A stretch of DNA of 64,000 nt from an uncultured Gemmatimonas sp. (GTDB taxonomy: Bacteria > Gemmatimonadota > Gemmatimonadetes > Gemmatimonadales > GWC2-71-9): NCBI GenBank assembly GCA_964439025.1, contig CAYTMW010000006.1, positions 21,833 through 85,832 of the forward strand. Reading direction: 5' to 3'. A model generated the notes under the pieces. The model did no database searches. It was not told the DNA's origin and saw only the letters and a program-made list of their open reading frames with translations. This document shows positions 26,451 to 34,544 of the stretch, piece by piece. The position numbers were made by a program, and so were the translations under genes. Within the stretch, counting starts at the first letter, position 1. Each line of letters starts with the position of its first letter.

Positions 26451-27394
26451 GCTTCCCCCCTTTCCGGTGCCGGTACTCGGCCATGGAAGCCCCGGCGCGC
26501 GGCCTCCCAGATGAACCGCACATAGGAACGGCAGACCGGCGCGCCGGCAGCGCAGAACTCCTCCTGGAGCAGCGCGTGAACGCGCGGCAGGTTGTACCAC
26601 GGCACCGCGGGCAGGAGGTGATGCTCGAGGTGATAGTTCAGGTTGCACATGAGCAAGCTCACCACGCGGTTGCTCGTGATCGTCCGGGTGGCATGCAGCG
26701 GGTGGTCGGAGCTGGTCAGCATGTGCTCCGACCAGCCTCTCACATTCACGATGATCCACGCGACTCCCATCGGCGCCAGCCAGCCGTGCAGCAGCAGGTC
26801 AAGGCGGCCCGCCTCGCGCGCCCAAAGCAGAACTGCGGCGGCGAGCCCGAGGATCGCGGCGTATTCGAGCACCACCTCGCGGCGTTCCCGCGGCGTGCCG
26901 CGGCCAAGCGCCGTGAGGGGGACGTGTCCCAGGAAGATCAGCATGCCGATCGCCGCCCAGACGTAGAAGGCGATCGCCTGCGCCCGGAAACCCTTGAAGT
27001 GATTGGCGAACTCGTCCGGATCCTCGGGCCCACGGTTGTGCCGATGATGCCGCAGATGGGTTACCCGGTACGCGGCGCCGGACACGAGGACCGGGGCACC
27101 GAGCAGAAAGGCCGCCCACCGGTCGCGCCGACGCTCGCGAAACAGGTTGCCGTGGACTGCCTCGTGCATGAGGATTCCCAGTCCGTGGAGCGCGGCACCC
27201 ATGAGGAGGTACGCCGGCAGCCGTACCGGCCAGATCGGCCAATGCGCCACAACCACCCAGGGAACGATCCAGAGCGCGAAGAAGAACAGGATGATCGCGC
27301 TGCGCCGCCGGTCCACACGCTGCAGCGCGCGCAACGCCGCGCGGGTGTCGGGCGCGAGGCTGTTCAGCCAAGCCGCCGTTCCTGTCGCCCTCAT
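26447..27394 (-). CDS. membrane fatty acid / sphingolipid-type desaturase
   Basis: Three histidine boxes: HEAVHGNLF, THLRHHRHN, NYHLEHHLLPAVPWYNLP. Start trimmed to MRATGTAAW, overlapping the GNAT stop. Confidence 0.8.
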   Translation of the reverse strand: MRATGTAAWLNSLAPDTRAALRALQRVDRRRSAIILFFFALWIVPWVVVAHWPIWPVRLPAYLLMGAALHGLGILMHEAVHGNLFRERRRDRWAAFLLGAPVLVSGAAYRVTHLRHHRHNRGPEDPDEFANHFKGFRAQAIAFYVWAAIGMLIFLGHVPLTALGRGTPRERREVVLEYAAILGLAAAVLLWAREAGRLDLLLHGWLAPMGVAWIIVNVRGWSEHMLTSSDHPLHATRTITSNRVVSLLMCNLNYHLEHHLLPAVPWYNLPRVHALLQEEFCAAGAPVCRSYVRFIWEAARRGFHGRVPAPERGEA

Positions 27395-28560
27395 CGGTCG
27401 GCTCCTTCCAGCCGTCTCTCGTACAGTCGGTAGGTCTTGCAGGGCTCGCCGCCGAAGGCGCCGATGACTCGCTGGATCCGGACGTTGTCCGCGAGGACGA
27501 GCGAGAGCTCCACCTCGGCAATGCCGAGGCGCCGGCAGGCTTGCGCGGTTTCCCAGGCGAGCAGTCCCGCTACGCCCTTTCCGCCCTCGCCCGGTTGTAC
27601 GCCGAGCAGGACGAAGCGCGCGGTGGTGAGGCGGGGGATCATGCGGGTGAGGCGCAGCCAGCCGAAGGGCCAGAGGCGGCCGCGGGCAGGCGCGAGAGCG
27701 CGGTTCACATCGGGCAGGGTGAGCCCGAACCCCACCGGAACTCCGTCCCGCTCGGCAAACAACACCAGCTCGGGGCGGATGAAGGGCCGCATCCGGCCCG
27801 CCCGTTCCGCGAACTCCTCTAGGGTCAGGGGCGTGAAGCCCCACACCGATTCGAACGTGGCCGAGTAGAGGGCGAGCGCCGCGGCAACCTCGGAATCCCA
27901 CCGGTGCAGGTCCATTGGGCGGATCTGCACACCGGCAAGCGGTCCCCGGCCGGCCCGCGCCTCGAGCAGCCGCTGCTCGACCTCGGGGCATGGGTCGCGG
28001 AACGCTTCACCACGGAAGGAGTAGTAGTCACGAAATCCGCGGTACCCCGCCGCCACGAGCAGGCCGGGGTACCAGGGAGGATTCCACGGCGAGAGCACCA
28101 TCGGGGGCGAGCCGAAGCCGCTGACGAGAAGCCCCGTCTCATCGTGGAAAGTCAGGTTCACCGGGCCGAGCAGCCGGTGCATCCCTGCGTCCGCGATCGC
28201 CTGCTCCGCCGCCTCCAGGAGCGCGCGAGCGGTGCCGGGATCCTGCTCGCACTCGAAGAAGCCGAAGAGTCCAGTGTCCGGCTCCCAGCGCTCGGCAAAG
28301 CCGCGGTCGATGATCGCGGCGATCCGGCCGACGACTCGCCCGTTCCGGAGCGCCAGGAACCGTTGCACGGAGCGAGTCCGCAGGGAGGGATTGTGCTGCG
28401 GATCCCAGCGCCGCGATTCCTCCCTTCGTAGCGGCGGCACCCAACAGGGATCCCCGCCGTGCAACTGGTAGGGAAGCTCGACAAACGCGCGGTGCGCCTG
28501 GCGTCCTTCCACCGGGATGACCCGGATGGCCGTGGGCGGCGAAGCGATGACCGTCGTCAT
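27391..28560 (-). CDS. GNAT-fold N-acyltransferase (389 aa)
   Basis: N-terminal FVELPYQLHGGDPCWVPPL. C-terminal GNAT core LLGVQPGEGGKGVAGLLAWE..VELSLVLADN. ATGA overlap with the upstream synthase gene. Confidence 0.7.
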   Translation of the reverse strand: MTTVIASPPTAIRVIPVEGRQAHRAFVELPYQLHGGDPCWVPPLRREESRRWDPQHNPSLRTRSVQRFLALRNGRVVGRIAAIIDRGFAERWEPDTGLFGFFECEQDPGTARALLEAAEQAIADAGMHRLLGPVNLTFHDETGLLVSGFGSPPMVLSPWNPPWYPGLLVAAGYRGFRDYYSFRGEAFRDPCPEVEQRLLEARAGRGPLAGVQIRPMDLHRWDSEVAAALALYSATFESVWGFTPLTLEEFAERAGRMRPFIRPELVLFAERDGVPVGFGLTLPDVNRALAPARGRLWPFGWLRLTRMIPRLTTARFVLLGVQPGEGGKGVAGLLAWETAQACRRLGIAEVELSLVLADNVRIQRVIGAFGGEPCKTYRLYERRLEGADR

Positions 28561-29837
28561 GGCCGGGACCAGGTCGCGATCGCCGCGACCCCTTCCGAAA
28601 TGTCACGCGCAGAATGCGCCGCCGTCGCGCAGAGGCGCAGCCGGGCTCGTCCCGCCGGAACGGCGGGATGGGTCACGGCGGTGGCCAGGACACCTGCGGC
28701 GAACAACCGGCGGGCCAGCCGGTAGGCCTCCATTTCAGGCCCAACGAGGAGCGGCACGATCGGCGTCGGCCACTCACAGAGGGGGTGGCCGCTGCGGCGC
28801 AGACCGCTCCTGAGCTGTACCGCGCGGAGGCGCATCCGCTCGAGCCTGAGCGGCTCTCGGCGAATGACGGAAAGCCCCTCGAGCGCCGCGGCGGTCGAGG
28901 CGGGACAGAGCGCCCCGGAGAAGATGTACGGGGCTCCTTCGTGCTGCAGGTAGGTGATCAACCGTGCGCTCCCCGCTACGTACCCACCCTGCGCACCGAG
29001 TGCCTTCGAGAGGGAGCCCGTCCAGACATCCACCTCGCCCGGATCGATTCCGAAGTGCGCTGCGGTGCCCCGGCCGGCTGGCCCGATGGTGCCCAGCGCG
29101 TGCGCCTCGTCCACCAGCAGGAGGGCCCGGTGACGGCGACAGACGGCGAGGATGTCGGGGAGGGGAGCGATGTCGCCCTCCATCGAGTACACCCCGTCCA
29201 CCATCACCAGGCGCCGCGGGGTAGCAGCTTCCTCGGCGAGAGCCCGGTCGAGCGCGGCGGGATCGTTGTGACGGCAGCGGCGCAGGCGTGCCCTGGAGAG
29301 CCGGCCGGCATCCAGCAGGCTGCGGTGCGCCAGCGCGTCGGCGATGATGACGTCACCCGACCCCACCAGCGCCGGGACGACGGCAAGGTTCGCCGCATAG
29401 CCTGAGCCGAGGACCAGTGCGGCCTCGCTCCCGATGAACCGGGCGAGCTCCCGCTCCAGCGCACAGTGCAGCTCGTTGGTGCCGGTAAGCAGACGGACGC
29501 CGCCGCTGCCTGGGCCATAGCGGCGGATGGCCGCGATCGCGGCCTCCTCCACCTCGGGATGACCGATCAGCCCGAGATAGTCATAGGATGAGAGACTGAG
29601 GTAGGGCCGTCCGCGAATGCGGATTCGCGGACCGGTCCGGCCTTCGAGAGGTTGCTGGCAGGTGTAGAGATCCTCCTGGCGGCCGAACCGGAGCAGCCTG
29701 AACCACCGCTCGGCAGCCGGGAGGTCCAAGAGCGCCCGCTCGCATCGTTGGGAGGGCTCCAGCCCACCGAGAACGGTGGACGGGCGCTCTTGCGAATCGG
29801 TCTGCAGCGGAGCCGGCGAGGCCATGGCAATCTCCAT
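28557..29837 (-). CDS. PLP-dependent alpha-oxoamine synthase (serine palmitoyltransferase / AONS / KBL family)
   Basis: SSYDYLGL, GSGYAANL, VDEAHALG, TGSLSKALG (PLP lysine), C-terminal RLRLCATAAHS. Confidence 0.85.
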   Translation of the reverse strand: MEIAMASPAPLQTDSQERPSTVLGGLEPSQRCERALLDLPAAERWFRLLRFGRQEDLYTCQQPLEGRTGPRIRIRGRPYLSLSSYDYLGLIGHPEVEEAAIAAIRRYGPGSGGVRLLTGTNELHCALERELARFIGSEAALVLGSGYAANLAVVPALVGSGDVIIADALAHRSLLDAGRLSRARLRRCRHNDPAALDRALAEEAATPRRLVMVDGVYSMEGDIAPLPDILAVCRRHRALLLVDEAHALGTIGPAGRGTAAHFGIDPGEVDVWTGSLSKALGAQGGYVAGSARLITYLQHEGAPYIFSGALCPASTAAALEGLSVIRREPLRLERMRLRAVQLRSGLRRSGHPLCEWPTPIVPLLVGPEMEAYRLARRLFAAGVLATAVTHPAVPAGRARLRLCATAAHSARDISEGVAAIATWSRP

Positions 29838-29870
29838 CCGTCAGGACGGGGAGTACGATGGGCGCACGGA
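29761..29870. repeat. 110-bp direct repeat, copy 1 (5' end of the oxoamine synthase gene plus 33 nt upstream)
   Basis: Identical to 32071-32180 except for 2 mismatches (29841 T/C, 29866 A/G). Also visible as identical N-termini of ORFs 29776+ and 32086+. Confidence 0.95.
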
Positions 29871-29985
29871 GTCAAGCGGGAATCAAGTCACCACTCACGC
29901 TCCAACGGCCTGCGGCCTGCGGCCTTCCGGGAAAGTGGTGCCGAGCTCGGGTGTGGCGTTGCGGTGAGGTTCGTCCCTGGGTCCG

Positions 29986-30372
29986 TCACACGGACGAGGA
30001 AGTCGCAGCAAGAGCCGTTCGCGGCCTTCTGACCTCGCTCGACACCCGCGCCACGAGGAGCCCGGCGTACAGCAGGGGGAGGCTCAAGGCCGCGACAGCG
30101 ATCTGGGAAAGCGTCAGCTGCTTTTCGAGTGCCTGCACGCGAGCCTGGAAGGCTCGAAGCTCGGCGGCGCCCATTCGAGTGGTGTCGAACGCCCGGATCA
30201 ATTCCCGGCCGCTGGTGCCGACCGGCTCCAGTGCCGCCCGGCTGTGCCGGGCCGGATTGATGCGCAACAGCGTGACGGCCCAACCCCCGCCGAGCAATGC
30301 CGCCGGCACCGCGCCCAAGAGCATGAGGACGAGGAGAATGCGCTGGCGGAAGGAAATCGGGGGAAGCGACAT
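29986..30372 (-). CDS. hypothetical 2-TM protein, possibly an N-terminal fragment of a sensor kinase
   Basis: TM1 ILLVLMLLGAVPAALLGGGWAV, periplasmic-size loop, TM2 IAVAALSLPLLYAGLLVA followed by RVSSEVRRP (HAMP-like onset), then the ORF ends. Confidence 0.4.
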   Translation of the reverse strand: MSLPPISFRQRILLVLMLLGAVPAALLGGGWAVTLLRINPARHSRAALEPVGTSGRELIRAFDTTRMGAAELRAFQARVQALEKQLTLSQIAVAALSLPLLYAGLLVARVSSEVRRPRTALAATSSSV

Positions 30373-30522
30373 CTATCTCGAACATGAGGGATTGCGCGGG
30401 GTGTAAGGAGAGGTATTTCAGTCGGCGCGTTGGGGGGGGATCCCGCCGAATAGAGGCAACGGGACCGGAATCTGGCCTGCGGGATGACGCTGTTGCAGCA
30501 GGTCGGCAGTTGCTTCGCATTA

Positions 30523-30565
30523 ATGGTGTATAATGTATTCTCAACTGTAAACTGATGGTGCATAA
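30523..30565 (+). promoter_or_regulatory. AT-rich control region with two ATGGTGYATAA motifs 32 bp apart; the first contains TATAAT
   Basis: ATGGTGTATAA at 30523-30533 and ATGGTGCATAA at 30555-30565. The local GC dip lies about 100 nt upstream of the 30658 CDS. No good -35 element seen. Confidence 0.35.
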
Positions 30566-30657
30566 CAATTTACACATTTTTACCGTTTAGCGGTCAAGGC
30601 CCAATTCATGCTCGATCGTCATTCACTTAAAGCAGCTCTACGACCATCCTGGGGGCC

Positions 30658-31170
30658 TTGATGGACTCGAGATCCATCTTGATAACAGACCCCCCTGCGG
30701 CGCCTGCTCCGGGTGAGCGGGATGACTCCCAGTTGGCGTGGAAGTATCTCGGGTGGGCGGGGGTGCTGTTCGCGCTCCTGGGAATCGCGGATCTCGGCAT
30801 TGCGTGGTACCCGGTCCGCTTCGGAACGCCGGAATGGGAGTTCGGCATCGCCACAACGACGATGCAGAATCTTCCATTGACGGTCATGGGGCTGACCCTG
30901 ATGCTCGCCTCGGGGATTTCGCGGGGCCGCCGCGCGGCAACGCTTTGTGCGGCCAGTATCCTGGCGTTTCTGGTCAGCATCGTGATGGTTCTGGGGATCG
31001 TGTTTACCCTCGACGTCCCACTCGCGCTCCAGGCGGTTACGACCGAACCCGCGCGAGACGTGCTTCGCCGAGGGATGCTCAAGACCGGTATCCAGACGGT
31101 GGTCTATTTGCTGATGCTGACACCGCTCGCGGTCATGGGTTTCCGGCATGCCCTGGCACGAAACAGGTAG
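30658..31170 (+). CDS. integral membrane protein (4 TM), function unknown
   Basis: WAGVLFALLGIADLGIAWY, LPLTVMGLTLMLA, CAASILAFLVSIVMVLGIVF, TVVYLLMLTPLAVMGF. Confidence 0.6.
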   Translation: MMDSRSILITDPPAAPAPGERDDSQLAWKYLGWAGVLFALLGIADLGIAWYPVRFGTPEWEFGIATTTMQNLPLTVMGLTLMLASGISRGRRAATLCAASILAFLVSIVMVLGIVFTLDVPLALQAVTTEPARDVLRRGMLKTGIQTVVYLLMLTPLAVMGFRHALARNR

Positions 31171-31189
31171 CTCAACTCACGGGGGAACG

Positions 31190-31936
31190 GTGAACTTTTC
31201 TACTCGAATCTCTCTCGGCGCTGTCCTCGGCATGCTCGCCGTGGCGCAGCCCGCTCAGGCCGCGGCGCCCACCGCCACGTCCTGGGGCATCACCAACTTC
31301 TGCGGTGGGCAGACCTTTGTTTCGTGCGCCACGGTCACGGCCACGGTGACCGGCGGCGTGCTCACCATGGCGGTCACCAACAACGGCGGGAGTTATAACA
31401 GTGCCTGGTTCGGCCGCATCGGATGGTACAACGCCAGCAATGGATCAATCGCCGCCATCGCGAATCCGTGCCCTCAGGGGTCCGCAAGCTGCTACACCAC
31501 CGCATCGGGAATCAGTGGGGGCGTCTGGCAAATTGACAACACACAGAATGATCTCAAATATCTCGGTACGGCGACCCAAGGCGCCACCAAGGTGGGTGGC
31601 GATGGTCTCGACAAGGACGCAACCGTCACCTACCAGTTTCGCCTGACCTCTGGCGCATGGGATCTTTCCAATGCCGTCCTCGGCGTTCACATTCAGGGCG
31701 CGCCGAATTGCTCCAACAAGATGTGGGTCAGGTTCAGTGGAGCGACTCCCCAGAACGTGGACAAGAACGGGAATGTGGATCCCCTGCCGACCGACCAGGC
31801 GATCACCCGAGAATGTGGCGCGTTGGACACCCCGCCCGGCACCACGGTCCCGGAGCCCGCGACGATGGGTCTCCTTGCGCTCGGCCTGGTCGGGATGGCC
31901 GGCGCCCGCGTCATTCGCCGCCGCCGGAAGAGCTGA
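31190..31936 (+). CDS. PEP-CTERM sorting-domain secreted protein
   Basis: GTG at 31190 after GGGGGA. Signal peptide ISLGAVLGMLAVAQPAQA. C-terminal VPEPATMGLLALGLVGMAGARVIRRRRKS (PEP motif + TM + basic tail). Confidence 0.8.
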   Translation: MNFSTRISLGAVLGMLAVAQPAQAAAPTATSWGITNFCGGQTFVSCATVTATVTGGVLTMAVTNNGGSYNSAWFGRIGWYNASNGSIAAIANPCPQGSASCYTTASGISGGVWQIDNTQNDLKYLGTATQGATKVGGDGLDKDATVTYQFRLTSGAWDLSNAVLGVHIQGAPNCSNKMWVRFSGATPQNVDKNGNVDPLPTDQAITRECGALDTPPGTTVPEPATMGLLALGLVGMAGARVIRRRRKS

Positions 31937-31963
31937 GTCAGGCACCCCCACTTCGGAGTCAGC

Positions 31964-32000
31964 CAGCGCGCCCCGGGTAGCCGGGGCGCGCTGCTTTTTA
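31964..32000 (+). terminator. rho-independent terminator
   Basis: CAGCGCGCCCCGG-GTAG-CCGGGGCGCGCTG (13-bp GC stem) followed by CTTTTTA. Confidence 0.8.
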
Positions 32001-32070
32001 CCCGCCATCTTGCGCACGGTGGCTTGCGATCAAGCCCAAGGGACGCTCCAGTGGCCCCACTCGGGCTTTC

Positions 32071-32180
32071 AGCCCACCGAGAACGGTGGACGGGCGCTCT
32101 TGCGAATCGGTCTGCAGCGGAGCCGGCGAGGCCATGGCAATCTCCATCCGCCAGGACGGGGAGTACGATGGGCGCGCGGA
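32071..32180. repeat. 110-bp direct repeat, copy 2 (orphan copy of the synthase 5' end)
   Basis: See copy 1. Starts 14 nt after the recQ stop. On the minus strand it opens a 49-codon ORF: MEIAMASPAPLQTDSQERPSTVLGGL, then divergent sequence. Confidence 0.95.
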
Positions 32181-32194
32181 ACCTCACGCAGCAT

Positions 32195-33787
32195 TCAACC
32201 GTCCTCCGAAAGCGCCTCGAGCATGGTCCGCCCGTATCGTTGCACTACGAGCGGCCCCACTCCCTCGACCTCCGCCAGGGCCTCGGCGCTCACGGGGGGA
32301 TCGGTGGCCAGACGCCGGAGAACCTCCGGCTCGATGGCGCATCCGTTCCAGGGGGAGTCGACGTGCGCGAGCGCGAGCCGGAGGCGGCCAAGACGGCGAT
32401 CCGCCGCAGGATCGCAAACCGGCCGCGGCGCGCTTCGGGAGCAGAGGTCACACCCCGAGCAGCGGGGCAGCTGCTCTCCGAAGTAGCCGATCAACGCGCG
32501 CCGCCGGCAGGCGGTGCTCCGCGCGTAGCGATCCATGACCTCGATTCGCGCCAGCGCGGCGATCCGGCGGAGCCGCACCGGTCTCCAGTCGATTACGCCA
32601 CCGCGGGGCCGGAGCTCCCGGTGCAGCCGCTCGAGCGAAGCGCGCAGATTGGCGGGAACGCGTGCCGCGTCGAGCTCGCCGCGCCAGACCCGCTCCGCGA
32701 GCGGCTCGTTCGGGAAGGTCACGTCGAGCTGGCGCCGGGGCAATGTCGCGTCTCCCGGGCGATAGAGGAGCAGACACCGGGCGAGCCCGCCGTCGCGGCC
32801 GGCTCGTCCCGATTCCTGGTAGTAGGCCTCCGGTGTGGACGGGAGTGTCCAGTGCACCACGAGCCGGACATTCGGTTTGTCGATGCCCATGCCGAACGCG
32901 CACGTCGCAACGAGGACCCCGATCCGGTCGGCCATGAACCGCTCGAGCACCTCGCGGCGAACCGGTGCGGCCAGCCCCGCATGATACGCCGCGGCGCGGA
33001 AGCCCGCCTCCCGAAGCACCCGAGCGAGTTCCTCGACCAGGTTCCGCGTGGGAGCATAGACGATCGCCAGCGCCTGCTGCCAGCGCAGTGCGTCCACCAG
33101 CGTAGCGAAGCGCTCGCGCTCATTGCCGACGCGCGCGACACCAAACCAGAGATTGCGGCGATCGAAGGAGCCGAGCACGACACCGAGTCCTCTCGCCCCG
33201 CCAAGGCCGATGGCGCGCACGACCTCGTGGCGCACGGCCTGCGTCGCGCTGCCGGTGAGCGCGATGGCCTGGGGCCACCCGAGCTGGGCGCGGAGCCGCC
33301 GGAGCGAGCGATAGGAAGGCCGGAAATCGGGGCCCCATTCGCTGATGCAGTGCGCTTCGTCTACCGCGAGCAACGCGGGGCAACAGCTCCGCGCCGCCAG
33401 GTCCTCCGCGAGCCGCCCGAGCCGCTCGGGGGAGGTGTACACCAGCTGGACCTCGCCGCGGGTAATCCGGTCGAGCGCCGCGCGTTGCGCCCCGGCGTCG
33501 AGAGTGCTGTTGAGCGCCTCGGCGGGAATACCCCGGGCGCGCGCGGCGGCGACCTGATCCTGCATGAGCGAGATGAGGGGTGACACGACGATGGTCGGTG
33601 CGGCGCGCAGCAGAGCGGGAATCTGGAAACAGATCGACTTCCCCGCCCCGGTAGGCAGCACCGCGAGCACGTCCCGGCCCTCGTCGAGCGCGGCCATGAC
33701 GCGGGCCTGCAGCGGCCGGAACTCGGCGTAGCCGAAGTGCTCGAGGAGGAGGGTTTGCGCCGGCGCCAGGGGAAGTACGAGTGGCAT
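32195..33787 (-). CDS. recQ: ATP-dependent DNA helicase RecQ
   Basis: FGYAEFRPLQ, LPTGAGKSICFQIPAL, DEAHCISEWGPDFRPSY, zinc-binding C..C..C region. Confidence 0.92.
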   Translation of the reverse strand: MPLVLPLAPAQTLLLEHFGYAEFRPLQARVMAALDEGRDVLAVLPTGAGKSICFQIPALLRAAPTIVVSPLISLMQDQVAAARARGIPAEALNSTLDAGAQRAALDRITRGEVQLVYTSPERLGRLAEDLAARSCCPALLAVDEAHCISEWGPDFRPSYRSLRRLRAQLGWPQAIALTGSATQAVRHEVVRAIGLGGARGLGVVLGSFDRRNLWFGVARVGNERERFATLVDALRWQQALAIVYAPTRNLVEELARVLREAGFRAAAYHAGLAAPVRREVLERFMADRIGVLVATCAFGMGIDKPNVRLVVHWTLPSTPEAYYQESGRAGRDGGLARCLLLYRPGDATLPRRQLDVTFPNEPLAERVWRGELDAARVPANLRASLERLHRELRPRGGVIDWRPVRLRRIAALARIEVMDRYARSTACRRRALIGYFGEQLPRCSGCDLCSRSAPRPVCDPAADRRLGRLRLALAHVDSPWNGCAIEPEVLRRLATDPPVSAEALAEVEGVGPLVVQRYGRTMLEALSEDG

Positions 33788-33972
33788 CCGGCAATTATGG
33801 TACGGCCTCGAGGCTCAACCGGTCACAACTTCACGCGCATCCCCGCCGAAAAACTCGCGTGATCACCGTGCCCTTGCGCCCCGTGCGGGACCTGGTGCGT
33901 GGCCGAGGAATCCCTAACACCGCGCGAAAAGGCTTCACCGGGCGGGGATTCGTTCCTGAGCGGGGTGTGTGG

Positions 33973-34000
33973 AATCCACAGATTTCACAGATGACACAGA
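33973..34000. repeat. left arm of an inverted array of 9-bp units (CACAGATnn)
   Basis: ATCCACAGATTTCACAGATGACACAGAT. Its reverse complement recurs at 34395-34423 (19 nt identical). Confidence 0.9.
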
Positions 34001-34444
34001 TTGGACAGGAGACGGAGGGGAGAAGGGACCCCGAGACCTACGCCATCATCGGGGCGGCAATGATGGTCCATCAAACATTGGGGCCCGGCTTTCTCGAGTT
34101 GGTATACCAGGAAGCCATGGGACTGGAACTGGGATCGCAAGCTATTCCACATGTCCGGGAAATCGAAATTCCGGTTCACGACAAGGGTGTACCGCTGGCG
34201 GTGCGGTACCGTGCCGATTTCATATGCTTTGGTAACATACTCGTGGAGTTGAAGGCCCTGGGTCACCTGACCGCGATCGATGAGGCTCAGGTCATCAACT
34301 ATCTTGTGGCTACGCGGCTTGGCCGAGGCATACTTCGGAACCACGTCCCTTCAATACAGACGATTCGCGGGTCCCGCCCAGCCAGATGCTTCGTCATCTG
34401 TGCAATCTGTGAAATCTGTGGATCTTCCAGGCACGCGGTTATGA
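33991..34444 (+). pseudogene. GxxExxY-family (PD-(D/E)XK nuclease-like) gene, apparently frameshifted near codon 114
   Basis: ETYAIIGAAMMVHQTLGPGFLELVYQEAM (GxxExxY), RADFICFGNILVELKA (D..ExK). The family-typical C-terminus FGTTSLQYRRFAG is only read in the +1 frame from 34334, ending TGA 34442-34444. The in-frame reading runs on to 34893. Confidence 0.6.
34395..34423. repeat. right arm of the inverted array of 9-bp units
   Basis: ATCTGTGCAATCTGTGAAATCTGTGGATC, the reverse complement of the left arm. Confidence 0.9.
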
Positions 34445-34544
34445 CCAAACTGCCCAGCGCCACGGACAGGGTGGGTCGGGTGCTGTCCGGTGAGATCCCC
34501 CCGGTGGAGGTGATCGAAGCCGCGCTGGAGCGCGTCGGGCCAGC

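Noticed and set aside
27391-27395. Apparent 1-nt discrepancy between my manual base count of the printed lines and the ORF-track coordinates at the GNAT stop / desaturase start
   Set aside because: The ORF-track frames are internally consistent across both genes and the translated junction (..GADR* / MRATG..) reads cleanly. I attribute the offset to my counting, not to a frameshift. Track coordinates are used.
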